Below, piece after piece: positions 20,921-34,722 of a stretch of 64,000 bases of DNA; position 1 is the stretch's first letter; each line of letters begins with the position of its first letter. This DNA is from Lingula anatina (Eukaryota; Animalia; Brachiopoda): NCBI GenBank assembly GCA_051362555.1, contig CM120644.1, positions 13,290,567 to 13,354,566 on the forward strand, given 5' to 3'. The notes beneath the pieces are model-generated. The model did not search any database, was not told where the DNA came from, and saw nothing but the letters and a program-made list of their open reading frames with translations. Position numbers and translations under genes: made by a program.

Positions 20921-23900
20921 GCTTTGCTAGGGAGCCTTTCGGCCCCAGCAAAATCAGCTCCCGATTCTGATGGTAAGTGAAATATTTTCTTGGCGATCGC
21001 CTCGCCTACAGATGCATTCTAGTCTGTGTCCTCTATACCAGAAATTTCAACGCCTGGAGCGATTTCTTATTGTCGTAGATTGCAGGCCATCCTCCGGATT
21101 TCCCCAGAACTCCCCAATGTAAACAGATGCAGCCAGGAGTTACTTGATACTCAGGACCTGGGTTTTCTTGGCATAGGTCATGTTTTGTTCTTTTTCCTCC
21201 TATTTTGTCAAAATGTATGTATACATGAGAGGCAGTGTAGTTTAACTATTACAGAATATACCAGGGTTTCAGTTCAAATAGAGAAATCATGCGGTTTTGA
21301 TAACCCTCCTTTCATTATCAAGGCCATGGAAAGGGCACAGATACTGAAAACATATATTATATAGTCTCTTGTATAATGACTCAACAGTGATACATGAAAA
21401 AATATCTATATATGCATTGTGTTTATTATATGCTTTTACAAAAGGAGTGCAATTTTGTGTTGCATGGGATATGTTTTTAGGTGTTTGGAAAATGAATCCT
21501 GTGCAGAGGTTTCCAGATATCTTGTGGCACACATTTTAAAGCATAGAAAGTTTGTTAGATTTTTTAGAGCAAAGTGATGTTTTTCCTAGAAATTTTAGTT
21601 ATTTCCCTAAACCAGTAAGGTCTATTCTACTCAAAACTGTTCACAGAATTACATTTCAATAAAGCCCTTGTTTTTGAGTTTTAATTCCCACTCTCACCAT
21701 TACACCACCTCTATTACCATGGTGACAAAAAATTATGAAACTTGGAACTCAGCAGATTTTACAGATATTGACTTTTTCATATGTCAGATACTCCTTATGC
21801 ACCTTAAATGGGTTTTAGGATCTTAAACTGTTTTTTTTTTTTTTTTTTTTTTTTCAAAATCTTAAACTTCTATTAGTACTCATGTAGATAGACATTTTTA
21901 TATCCATCAAATACTTTTATCAATCTGGTAACATCAAATATCATATTATATCTTGGGTAAAGCTTACCTCTCTAAACCTCCCCCATTGTGCCCCCCCCCC
22001 CCCCCTCCCCTTTGGAGTTGAAGTTTAATGTGTTGTCTCTTGATTTGAGTTGGCCCTAGCCGGTGCAGGATTACTGTAGTAGCATGGTTTAGTGTTCCGA
22101 TTCATGCATTTATAAATATTTTTATTGATGTTCCTTAAATTTAAAAAAACTTGTTTCACAATTTCCAGATTCAGAACCGGGAGAGAAGCTTGGCCTACTG
22201 ATGGAGAGGTTGCGGCAGAAAAGAAGTCAACTCAAATCTTGGGGAGAGACATCAAAGATGTTAAGAATTGCTATTAATGTAAGTGTCTTAACAGCCAGAT
22301 CCTAATATTTTATCCAGTACTGGCCCTTTGATACTATACTAGTACTAAGGCTTCATTCATGATGAGCCGCAGGCTAACAGATCTGTAGATCAGGTATGGC
22401 CAACCCACTTGAAAGCTACTAATAGCCACATAATGCCCGTGGAGAGTCTATTCAGTGTTTGTTGGGAATTATGCAGCAAGCTTTCATGTGGGTTAGTCAT
22501 ATTTGGTCCGTGTATCTGTTAGTCCACAGATTATCTCTGCTATGGATATGCTCTAATACATGGGTCTGCTCTGATCTACGATCCCAAAGAAGAAATAGGG
22601 GGCAGTGTCAGAGCATATTCCAGACATGCTGAAAACTTTTCAGAATGGCGGGACATTTGGACCAGCAGTAATGAAGAATTTGCCGGATCAAATGGATTTT
22701 TGTCGGATCGAAAATCACTCTATTCGTTTGAGACAGATACTACCAGTACAATTAGGGTAGCTGACTTTGTTTGTGAATGTGATAGTTTTGAAATGGATGG
22801 GAAAAAACGCTTTGGGTTTTATATAATTTTATTAGTGACGAAAGATGTCTGTCAATTCAAAATTGCGGTTCTTAAAACTCTTGTCAGTCCTTTGGACCGT
22901 CCAAGTCCAATTTTCTATCGGTCCAGACAAATTTTCCCAGTCATGACCGATCGGACCGACAGTTTCAGCATGTCTGATATTCACACTTTGTTATAAACCC
23001 TGGTTTTCTTTTACTAGTATTTAACATTGGACCAATGGCAAATACCACATACTACATCTTAATTTAGGACTTGATGTCTATCATTTTAGAAAATATAAAT
23101 GTTTTGTATATAAAAACCCTAACACTGGTCATGACTTTTTGATACTGTGGGTAAATGTCATTTTCAAAGGGCTAGATATAGCTTCTGTGTTATTTATTTA
23201 TTTATAATTTATTTATTTTAGGACAAAAGACAACAGTCTACAGCATTGGAAAAAGTTCAGTTACAGAAGTATATGGAGACACTGCAGAAGGCTTTGAAAG
23301 GTTAGTTTTGAAATCTTATTATTTCCTTATTTTTTTGCAACTATAAAGTGCAGACCAGTACATTTAACTAGAGCATTATTAGCTAGGCAACCATCAAACT
23401 GTCTTTTGGATTTGCTATTTCAAATTTGATTGTTCTATTTTTTAAATTTTATTTCATTTTATTTTTATTATTATTATTGTTGTTGTTGTTGCTTTTGTTG
23501 TTATTAGTAATAATATTGAAACATACAGGGTCTAGACAACCTGAATCAGATACTCATAGATAATTAATTAAGACTCCCCATTTCAAAATTATGATAAAAG
23601 CCAATACATTCTGCCAGTAAATGACTGTATGCTTGCAATAAAAGCTTGTTAATAGTATGTATATTTATAAGGCTATAGGAAATAAGAGACATAAGCTTTT
23701 TCGTGGAAATGAGGAATTTCGTGTTTTTTTAATTCAATTCTGATGGTTCCTGAGATTCCCTGTGGTGTTGGGTCCCACGATAAATGTTCAGGTTTTTTTT
23801 TTTAACCTGGCCTCATGTCTGTTATAAAATATAGCATTATGCACAGCATGTAAATATCATTTGTTGCATCATGTATAGTACTTTGTTGGATAACATTGTT

Positions 23901-26900
23901 TATTTTAAAGCACAAAATTATTAAGGCAACAAAAGGTATATGCTGCACTAAATGTTATATACATGTACAAATCATGGTTTTAGTACCTTAACCAAAGACC
24001 TTTAAGCTATAATGACACATTACTGAACAAATCACTTGGCTTAAGGCATTAAAGATCTTCATAGATAAGAGCACATTCAGAACAGTGGACTAACAGATCC
24101 ACAGATCAGATATGGCCAATCCACTTAAATAAGCTTGTTGTATAATCCTCGCAGGGTGTCTAATCAGGAATTAAGCAGCAAGCTTTTAAATTTGTCGTCA
24201 TATTGTATTGGATCCATGGACTAGCCATTTTTTTCCTCTTGTGCGATATCACGCCACCAGTCGATTCACATCTTTCTGTCCCTCATTTTCAAACCTTCAC
24301 ATAAACTAGTGTATATATTTCCAGTGAATACAGTACCAGCCTTGTTAGAGAGACTAGAGACCATGGCAGTACAGACTGGCTTGAAGTACACCCCGAGTGC
24401 CATGGGGTGCATCATAGCTTCTGACCTGTTTAAAGTGGAGGTCCTCTTCGATGGCACTGGGGTTTTCAGGGATGTCCGTGTGGCACACTGTGGGAGAGAT
24501 TCAGAAGTGAGATTTGTATTTTATTTTTAAAGTAAAATAATTTCATATCAGAGTTTTTTTTTTTTCAAGTAAATGGTATACTGATATAAAAAAGTTTTTT
24601 GAATTTATGTCACTGTAAGATGGTGGTTGTTAATTTAACTGCTATAAAAGTTTTTTATGTTTTGAGCCATTGCATCAACTTTAATTATAATATGTAAGTT
24701 AGATATAGAAATTTTAGACAACAGTGACCAAATGTATTTCCTGTTGAACAAATTTCATTATTTATTGTATTAACAAATAAAGGGAGGGTAACTTTTCTAG
24801 AACCAAACTTTAACATTTGAAATGAAATGATGTGTTAGTTACCAGATGATTTTTGAAAAGTAAATGCATTTGTTGACATTTTTGTATATAATTGTTCTTT
24901 CTTCTTATAGAGTTGCCCAGAGATTCAAGAAATTCTCAAGTAAGTTGAGATTTTTATTGTTTATATTTTGCATGATAATGCATAGTATGATTTAATTTCA
25001 ATATATAAAGCAAATATATATATAATATGTATGTTTTGGTCTGGCTAGGCAAATGCTATATATTTGCGTTATTTGGTGTGTTTTGATTAACAGTGAAGAT
25101 AATACTTTGCACTTTAGTATGATTAAATTTCAATATGTCAAGCAAATTATTGTTATTATTATTATTATTATTCATTTTCCCGTAGGGCTGGAAATCACTC
25201 TGAGTTTTTGGAACATTTGAGAGGTCTGGTTTCCATGTATCAAATAGGAGACAAAGACAAGTCAGTATTCCAGCCTTTTTTCAAATAGTTTGCATGGGTA
25301 AAGATTAAAACTCACATTTACCCCATCTTATAATTGGTTTGTTTAAAGGGAATCAACAAGTTTCTGTCAAGAGTTTAAAAAGATTGGGTTAATTGAATTA
25401 TTTATTAATTTAAACTGGAATTCTCTTCAGAGTCAGATAAAATTTCAATAACCTGCAAGCTTCAGAACTCATTTCAGATTCAGTTTTCATTGTTCCTCAA
25501 CTTTTCTTTAGTATAAAGATTTCCTCTATGATGTAAATATGAATTTGATCTGTATTTCTTTTATTTCGTCTACTTTTATGTTAATATTGCTATTTTTATA
25601 TTTCAGGAAACTTAGAATCAAGGGTTTTATGGCTTTGACATCCCTGGAGTCAGATCTCAACAGGGTAGCCCAATTCCAGAGGTAATGTCTAAAATGATAC
25701 GTTATAGATTTAAATTCCCACCTCAGGAAGAAAAGTTCCATTTAGACAGGAACATTGATTTTAGTAAAATTCAGTCTTCAGACTTTTTTCTCCCCTATTA
25801 TTCAGAAATCTGATTTTTTGCTTGGTGGTTTTTCATATTAAACAGCCTTAGATAGAGGTCATCGGCTTGGTATGCTTCAGTAATAAAAATCTGGAAATAT
25901 GTCAGTCCAAAGTTGGTATGTGGAATTCAAGAAAGAGCCTGATGGTTGCACCTAACACTTTAAGCAGATCTACATTAAAACTCATTTTCTTTCTTTTGCA
26001 GTTCAATTAGTGGGGTTTCAAGTTATATACACAAGTCTCCTTTGGGAATATTACAGCCAAGATGTGGAGGTGGGTAGAGCTACTCAGATCATTGAGTCTT
26101 TCCATTCTTGTAAGACCATTCTCTATTTGCTTTGCTTTATCAGTTGGATGTTACTCTCTGTGTATTTTAGATGAGATTTAGATTGTGTGTGTCCTGTTTA
26201 CGCCAGTATTGACTTGCACCAGAAATGGACCAATTGATTTCACCAGCTGACCAGATTGCACATAAATCCTCTATTTTATTGATTTTATGACTATATGTAT
26301 TTGATTTTGTTGGGATTGGTGAAAAATATGTAGAAAAATTACATAACATGCTCAAATGTATTTGGTTGATGATGTCAACAATTTTTGCCCCATTCAAATC
26401 TATTCTTGTCGAACTCAGTAGACCCTCAGTATGCCATAACAATGAAATATGGGTTGTCTGTACTACAGATATTTCAAACAATGCACCATTTATATATAGA
26501 TTAAAAGTAGGTCATAGCAGCATATGAAATCAAACTTGAAAAAAATTTGTATCTGGGTTATGTATTTTGTAGTAGCAGACAGCAGGGAAAGTTGAGATGT
26601 TCTTCAATTTTGTATGAGTAGCTGAGCAATATGGATTTTTTTGGTAAACTGTAGGAAAATGAGCTTTTTATCTCAACGAGTGGGCATCGTTACTAAAAGC
26701 ATCCTGCTTTTGATACATACACATTCACCTTAAAGGTTTGAATTTAAGAGCATGCCTTTAAACCTTTTATTAATTTTCTTTCAGGAAAACCGATGAGGTT
26801 AACATATTTTGTAGCACCCTATGACCTTTTAGATGGAAAAGCCAAGAAATCATTGCCAATGACTGTAGAAGGTATTTCTTTATTTATTTTTCATAATGAA

Positions 26901-27458
26901 CTTCTTGTGTTATATGTTTTAATTATTAGAATTAAATAAGTGATAACAATTCTTGGTGGTTCAGTTGGTTTCTCTCCTTATTTAATAAATGATTGTGAAA
27001 TAAATAATCTTTATCAAGGCAGGCTTTTATCTTGGTGTAATATGGATAAACACCATTGCTTCCACTGTAGAAGATGATAATATATGATAGAATGACCCCC
27101 CCGCTTGTGTACTTTTAAACAGTAACAAGGTTTGACAACTAATTGGTTTCAGCCAATTTTCTTTCAGCCTATGATTGTGATCAGGCATGTGAATATTGTT
27201 GTTAAAGCATAGATATATTTCATGTTCTTTGAAATCTGATCAGGTTATATATAATGCTGCTGTTTATTTATTTATTCATTCATTCATTCATTCATTCACC
27301 AGCTATCACTGAGAATAACCTGGGTCATAATGCGGAGGTGTGTATATCACCCAGCAGTGGACACAAACTCCAGACCATGCCACTAATGACCATCAATAAG
27401 ACAGAGGGGAAAAGGTGAGTGACCACATTGACCCTCCTAAACCGGCCATCCATCCAGC

Positions 27459-27495
<37 letters not shown>

Positions 27496-30400
27496 GATTA
27501 AAAGAAAATGTTCATTTTAATTCTATAAAAGCAGGAGATAACGTTTGATTGATTTTTATTAGCATTATAGGGAAGTCTTTTCACGAAAGTCACAAAACAC
27601 TTAATAGTGAGTTTATAGATTAATATTAAACACGAGTCAAATATTGGAATTGCTGCACTTCACTTATTTAAATATATAATGTTGACATTTCAGCCTTCCA
27701 CACTTTGCGGCACAAACCAGTTTGAACAGTGTCACACTTCCAGCACAATTTATCCTGAAACTTGGCAAGCCTATCCCAGTGGCTGTCTGTATATTGATGA
27801 AAATACAGCAAACTACAGGTACATGTGTGTGTGTGTGGGTGGGTGTGTGTGTGGGTGGGTGAGTGTGTGTGTGTGTGTGTTTTGGTTATTTTTTGTAGTC
27901 CAATTTGAAAAAATCACATTCTCACATGGTCTTAATATTTGAAAGTCATGTTTAAGTCATTATGAACAAGGTCTTAATATAAAACATCAGTTTCTTATTT
28001 ATCATCATCAATATCTGGCTCTGTCCACCCCTATATATAATGTGTATTTGATAAAGAAACAGATTGAATAATTTTGGTCCATTGTCTCCAGGTATCCAGT
28101 TTGTGAACATGTCCCAAGCACAACCATTGGTGAATCTTCTCATACAGGAGGTGTATGGTACCAAGATGGACACACCCAGGAAAGGAATTTCTGTGGTAAG
28201 TTTTTTTTTTTTTTTCTGCTGTATCTAATTGAAATTCTTACAAATAGAATTAACATCTACACTGTACAATACATTGTGTTCCCAAGTCCAAAAACAGAAA
28301 TACATGTAACAGGTGTGTTTTCATGCAACGTGTGGGTTTTAAACATTGTGTGATTTGTGGTGATTTTCCATCTGTTTTTCTCAATTTTTGTGAAAGTTTG
28401 ATTTTTTTTTTATGTGAGATTTTTTCTGCTTAATGAGATGCTTAATAAAATGCACTAATTGACATTTACAGGTGTATGTTTAACCCATTTAAAAGAAAGG
28501 CCAAGGTCATAGCAAGGGAGCATTCAGCTCATTATTGAATGATTTATATTTTGAAAAATACCAACATGTATTATTCGCAATCTCACCCTAGAGTAGTTGC
28601 TGTGACCTCAACCTTATATTTTTTAATATATGATAAACAAGGAAAATGTTGTTTATATTTATTAAAAACATTTGAAAATGGCTCTTCTTCTCATTCTCTG
28701 TAACACTTTGATTTAATCTTTGCAACTTGCTTTTTATTTTCACTGACAATCTCCTCTTGCAGAAGTTACCAGGGCAGCAGCATACATATGTGATAAACGA
28801 TGGCAGCGCGGAGGATATGATGGGCATCGTAGTCGATCAAATCCCCTTCACCCTTCCAACCAATGTCCCCAGCATTCTACAGAGCCTTCGACAGCAACTT
28901 CTGTTCAATACTCTCATTGCTAGCTGTGTGAGAGGAAAGAGTGTAGAGGGTAAGTTTGTTGAGTATGTGCCAACGTATGATTTGATGCCTGCTTACCAAG
29001 AAGTGTGTGGAGAAAGTTGTAGAAGGTAGGTTTGTCTTTAGAAGAATGGAGAAGTTAGGTATGTCGTGAAGACAAGATGGAGATTGGGTAGGTTTGTCAT
29101 GGGGAAAAGATGGAAAATGAGTTTTGTCATGGGGAAAAAATGAAAATATGGAAAAGATTGTTTGTCATGGGGAAATACAAAGATGGTAGGTTTGTTGTTG
29201 GGAAAAGATGGAGATGGTAGGTTTTGCATGGGAGATAGATGGAGAAATTGGGTTTGTCATGGGAAAAAGATGAAGAATTCAGGTTTTTCATAAAGAAAAT
29301 ATGGAGAAGGTATGTTTCTCATGGGGAGAAGATGAAGACGGTAGGTTTGTTGTTTGGAAAAGATGGATATAGTAGATGTAACTTCAGGTACATAACATTC
29401 ACTGATATTTTAAATGATGTCAGCACGATGACAATGCATCACAATACAGTATGCTATTGCAATTTCAGGTGCATCACAACACTGATATTTGAAATGATGT
29501 CAGTACCATGACATTTTGTTACAATACAATACTGTTATTGTTATTTCAGGTACATCACATTCACTGGTATTTGAAGTGACACCAGTATCCCTACAGTATA
29601 TAACTGTTGCATTTGAACATCCGCTCCATACTTCCATGGCAACAGGTATGGTATATTATCAGATAATTGGTTGAAATTATTACTCATATTTAGTTCCATT
29701 GTAACTTTTTCTGAAATGTACATGCATTATATAAACTAAAAAAACAAAAGATTTATGAATGAAATTAGTTTTTAGTGCTATGTAACCAAAGAGGGGATAT
29801 AAGATTGGTAATAATTTTTTCTTGCGGAAATAACAGTAACTTGTTTTCTTGAATTATGAAGAAACGTGCTCAGACATTTCTTTGAATTTTAGAAATTATG
29901 TGAATATTTCCGTCATTCAAATTTGCTCCAATATTCAACCAAGTATAATGAAATATGCTTGAATATCTTCTTCCATACTGTTCATTTACATTTGCTCGTA
30001 TTTTGTTTTCAGCGGAGCTAGACTTGAGTGATGTCACTACTGTGAAATGTAAGCTGTACACATTGTCAGGAGATGAGACAATTTGCTCTGATGACTACGT
30101 GTGCAGAGTGATTCAAAGGTAACTTGGGTATCGGACCATAGATCTCAGCACTGGAATTTGGTCCTATTCCCACATAAGCTTAGTGTTGCTTTACACAAAA
30201 AGTGTTCATTAATGAATTTATGTGTCTTTCATGGCATATGAGTTTGTTTCTTTTGCTCTTTCTATTAGCACTTACAACGTGTCCGCCTGAAACATTGTGT
30301 GTGTAGATTTTTTTGTAAGAAATTGACAAATTTCATTTTCCATTTTATTTTGTCAGGCAACTATCTGAGACAGCATCATGATTCAGTAGTAACTGCAATA

Positions 30401-33400
30401 TTTAATTTTAATTTATTATTGTGTATTCATTTACTTACTTTTGTTACTATTTGATATTTGTTTTTCTCCATTCCAGGTGCTTATCCATCCCTGTGACAAT
30501 GCGTGCCATAATTCGCAAGGTGTCCAGTCAAATAGAAAAGTTGCGCCCGCCACCTGCAGCTCAGCCAACTGCAAACATGCAAAACTTATTAGCCAAACAA
30601 ATTATGGATAAGAGACTCAGTTATTTTGAGGCAACAATACGAAATCCATTACTTTTAAATGAGTTGAAAATGAATGAATTTTCCACAAGGGAGAATATCA
30701 TTGGCCCCTTCACTCCTGGTTTGATGCCAAATCATCCAATCGGATCGCAGGGGCCAACGAGCATGTACAGGTTTCCCAATGTGATGGCAGGGGGGGCTCA
30801 GTACGGTAACCATTACGATGGTGGTGGACATGGTCAGTCGGGTCTAGTCACACCTGAAATGGAGAGTCTAGAAGAGAAACGGGAACGGGTAAATAAGAAT
30901 CCCATGCTGGCTAGTCTTCTTGATCAGGACACTCCAAGTCCTGACCCACAAATTCAACAACAGCAAGTGCAACAGCAGCAACAACAGAACTCTATCTTGT
31001 CTAGCTTACTTGGAGATCAGCCCCCCACCCCCATGGCAGCACCTACAAAGCAAAGAAAAAAGCGCATGAGACGTTCAACATCCACCACCGACGGCGGTCG
31101 AAGTCCAGGTAGCAGCACAGGCAAAAGTCCCAAACGCAAAGTCAGCGAGGCCGAGGAATTTGAAAATCGGCTGAAGGAAATGGAAGTTGACCAGTCAGCG
31201 GGAGACCCGTTTGATTCTTCAGTTGGAAGTAGCATCAGCAATCCTGCATTAACAAGTTCCCAAGTTTATGGGGATCAGGTGGATCCGTTCAGTGTCCCAG
31301 TGGAATCCCAGATTGATAAGCTGAAAAACAGTGTAGATAACTTTATCAAAAAAGAGTCCAAATCCATCAATTCCTGTCAGGGGTCGTCTGAGTTGTCAAT
31401 GTTGCTCAGTGATATCGAGACTGACACTCAGGTAGGAGGCAGCATGATCAGGCGACCTAGCTCCGGAGATGCCAGACCGGGTAGTGCACATAGTCTTGCG
31501 CGAAGCACCAGTGGTGCCAGTGTTGAAGAAATTCTCACGAATCGTACGACTCCATTAGATCCAGATGCATTTCAGGGTAAAGATGGAGGAACGTTCACAC
31601 CGACACAGTTTCTAGGGGAGCCTGGAAAAGTAAGCAGGAAATTCAGCAAAGGCTCTACAGAGTCAATGGAGTTCAATGCAGATCTTTTAAATCCAGATTC
31701 AAGTTTTGCTGACAGTTTGATAGAGAATGCAACTGATGAGATGGATCTGGACACTTGTGATGCTAATGCCTTTGGTGTGGGGTTTAACCCAGTAGCCATC
31801 ATGGCTTCCAAGATGGCTGCCAAGGTAGAAACTGCTGACTCTCAGCAGGGGAATGGTGCTAGTAAAAGTCCAAGCAGGAAAACGCCTGTACAGAGATCCA
31901 ATTCTCGGACAAATCATAACTTTGAGCACTCCAACTCCCTTGAGGAGAAACCTGTGGAAACATCAAGTACCCCTAATAAAAGCCTGGTTATGTCATTAAA
32001 ACAGTCAGAACTACAATCCAAGGTAGACTCACCACAAGAAGCCCTAGATTTATCCAAATCTTCAAAAGATTTCACTATGAACGATGAGACTTCGGGGTTA
32101 AAAAATGACCTTGGGCCATCCCCGTTAGACCTGACCGCGGACATAGAAGTGGCCAAAATAACCGGGTCAGGTGGAGAGATGGCCGCAAGTAAGGGCATGG
32201 AACTGGTCAGTCCTCTCAAAATCCCAGCATTTGCAGTCAGCCAAAGAACAGGAACATGTGCGAAAAAGGAAAGGACTTTGTCAAATAAAAGTGGTAAGAT
32301 TCCAAAAGATGCCAAAAGGCGGAACAGTGATCGTGAGGGTGGGAAACGTAAGAAGGAGGATTCAGGAAAAGAGAAAACTGGCAAACGCAGAAAGACCATT
32401 TCGAGTATCGAAGGTCATCCTCAGGGGGATCAGATTTACAGCATTGAGCAGGCAAAGAAGCCAACTGCAATTAAAATCACAACCAGTAAGCTGAAAAGTG
32501 TAAAGTCGTCAGTAGATGGCAGTACTAATAAGACAGACTTATCCAAAACATCAGTGTCTGCCAAACCAAAAGTAACAGTCATACCTCCAATGAGCTCAAA
32601 GAAACCAGAATCTGGTCAAAAAGGCATGATGTCACCTCCTGTTGTGAACAAATCTGGCCAACCAGTCATGTCGGGTAAGACGCCAACCACACCTTCCCCC
32701 ACGCATAAGCTTCTGTCATCAAAGATATCCCCCACACAATTTGGGAAGTCACCAACCATAGGAAGGAATTCACCATCTTTAAAAAACTTATCCGGGAAGG
32801 CCTCCCCAATGTCACGATCGCCTAGTGTTGGTGGTAAAAGTAGGAAAGCTAATAATCAAGTGACTGTAAGTAAGCAGGACTCAAAACTTATGAACAAGAC
32901 CCCGACTATTAAACTTAAACCTATTGCCCTTCCTGCCAACCAACCCCCAGGCACAGGAACAACAACATCATCTGCCTCCCCTGGAGCAACTGGGAAGCAG
33001 CCATTCACTCCCACAACACCAACAACGCCTGGGAAAATCAAGGCACGGAAGAAGTCACTCTCAGCAGTTATTGACAACCTTACAAAGCAAAGCAATTCTG
33101 TAGTTCTTCCGCAGACTGCAGAGCCCGGTGTTGAGAAGAAAGAAGAGGAGAAGAAAAAGGATGACAAAACTGGTTTGGATGTCTTGAAACCAGACACAAC
33201 TGGTTTCTTGTCTAGTTACAAAATTCCCAAAAAGGTGAAGTCGGAAACGCCTGTGACTACCTCGAGTGCTGTGACAGCCTCTCAGGACAAACCATCCAGT
33301 ACTGAGAGAATGAACGTTGAATTGAAATCTGCTGACAGAAATACCTCTGATTCGACAAGCAAAACCAAAAGTGAAAAAGTTTTAAATGCAGGCAACCCAA

Positions 33401-34722
33401 GTACTAAACCTGTTAATATTACCTCCAGTCCAGGAAGAGCTCCACTCCCTCCCAGTCGTGTAGGTGGCAGCACATCCTCATCGCCCAGAGCATTCAAACC
33501 AAATTTTGGAACAAGTGGGGCACCTTATAGCACAAACAATGTAAATAGTTCTAAAAACAATGGAGATGAAATAAATAATAGGACAAGTATTGGGGCTAAA
33601 ACCAACCCTGTCTCAACTGGGGCAGCCACAAGATTAGACTTTACAAAGCCACCAGCAAGCCCACCTCCATCCGAAACTCTGACTCAAAAACCGCAAAAAG
33701 AAATTCCATTGAAAAGCATTAGTGAGAAAGACAGTGTGGAAAAGACTCATGTATCTGACTCTGCAGCTAAATCTCTCCAGTCCAAAAACGTGAATGGCTT
33801 GAATAACAATAATAATAATAATGGAAAAACTGGCAATGGTGCTTCCCTAAAGAGTGGAGTAGAAAAAAGGCGAGGTCTGTTTGATTCTATAGGATTCGAA
33901 CCCAAAACTGAATCTACAGATAAGGGAAAAGACTCGGAGAACAGGGTAAATTCAATAGGTGGGTTTACATCTGAAAAGCAAGATTCAAAACAGCAATCCA
34001 GCTATGATGGAATAAGTAACCAATTGACATCAAGTTTTGACATGACTTTGAACTCTCAAAAATTGGGGTCATCTCCAAGAGTCTCTTCTTCATCATCGTC
34101 ATCATCTTCTTCTTCATCACAAACAAGTAGTAGTAATCTTAGAAGCAATCATGTTGTTGGAAATGACAGCACAAATAGTCCCACTTCAACCAGTACTGTC
34201 AGGCCTCAACAAAGTGACAAAGACACTGATAACATTTTTAAAGCTCCGACTCCAAAACCTCCTGAGTCCCCAAGTCCTGCTGGCACAGTGTTAGAAAATA
34301 ATAAAAGAGACGATGGGTCACCTGCACCCAAACGCATAAGAATCGAGTCTCAAAAACCAGTCTTAAGCCCAAGAAGTGACGCTAGTAGTCCTGATAACCT
34401 GATTATCGACTATCCATCAACGCCAAAGTCTTCTCAGCAAACTGGCGCTGTCAGATCCCCTACAGCGAAACTCGGTAGTGAGTCCCCTGCTATTGGGGCT
34501 ATCCCACAATCCCCTGCAGAGGAGGCAGCCATGCATTCTCCCGCTGCCGTAACCTTGAAATCACCAGCTCCAGCAATGCCCATCAAGTCTCCGTTGCCAC
34601 ATGCTCCTTCGCCTTCTCCATCAGCCAATAATAAATCGAGTTCTGCCAGTAGGGGAACGTCACCAGGCGATACAGCTTGTGATCTGGATGATGACTTGAT
34701 GGATGCAGCATTAATGAACTAA
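20915..34722 (+). CDS. MED1: Mediator of RNA polymerase II transcription subunit 1, 1912 aa
   Basis: Exons 20915-20972, 22169-22278, 23222-23300, 24325-24506, 24911-24939, 25186-25260, 25607-25681, 26002-26069, 26785-26871, 27303-27414, 27694-27818, 28092-28195, 28763-28949, 29550-29645, 30013-30118, 30477-34722; 5739 nt in one frame, all GT-AG. Matches recalled human MED1 segments (LLMERLR...WGETSKM; ETLQKALKV; SDLFKVEV; CKLY...CSDDYVCRVIQRCLSIPVTMRAI). LxxLL boxes NPMLASLL and SILSSLL; long S/T/P/K-rich disordered tail. Confidence 0.96.
29020..29372. repeat. Degenerate ~32-bp minisatellite in MED1 intron 13
   Basis: Repeated GGTAGGTTTGTCATGGGGAAAAGATGGAGAT-like units, about ten copies. Confidence 0.8.
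29381..29590 (+). repeat. 81-bp tandem triplication that includes the MED1 exon-14 splice acceptor and exon start
   Basis: TTCAG|GT(A/G)CAT(A/C)ACA..CACTG.TATTT.AA.TGA begins after an AG at 29388, 29469 and 29550. Confidence 0.85.

Noticed and set aside
29020-29590. Regularly spaced repeats superficially like a CRISPR array
   Set aside because: Eukaryotic intron, degenerate tandem units without unique spacers, no cas genes.
31017-34628. Several minus-strand and off-frame ORFs (up to 161 aa) inside the large MED1 exon
   Set aside because: Antisense or alternate-frame shadows of a long Ser/Lys/Pro-rich coding exon; no domain features or splice signals.
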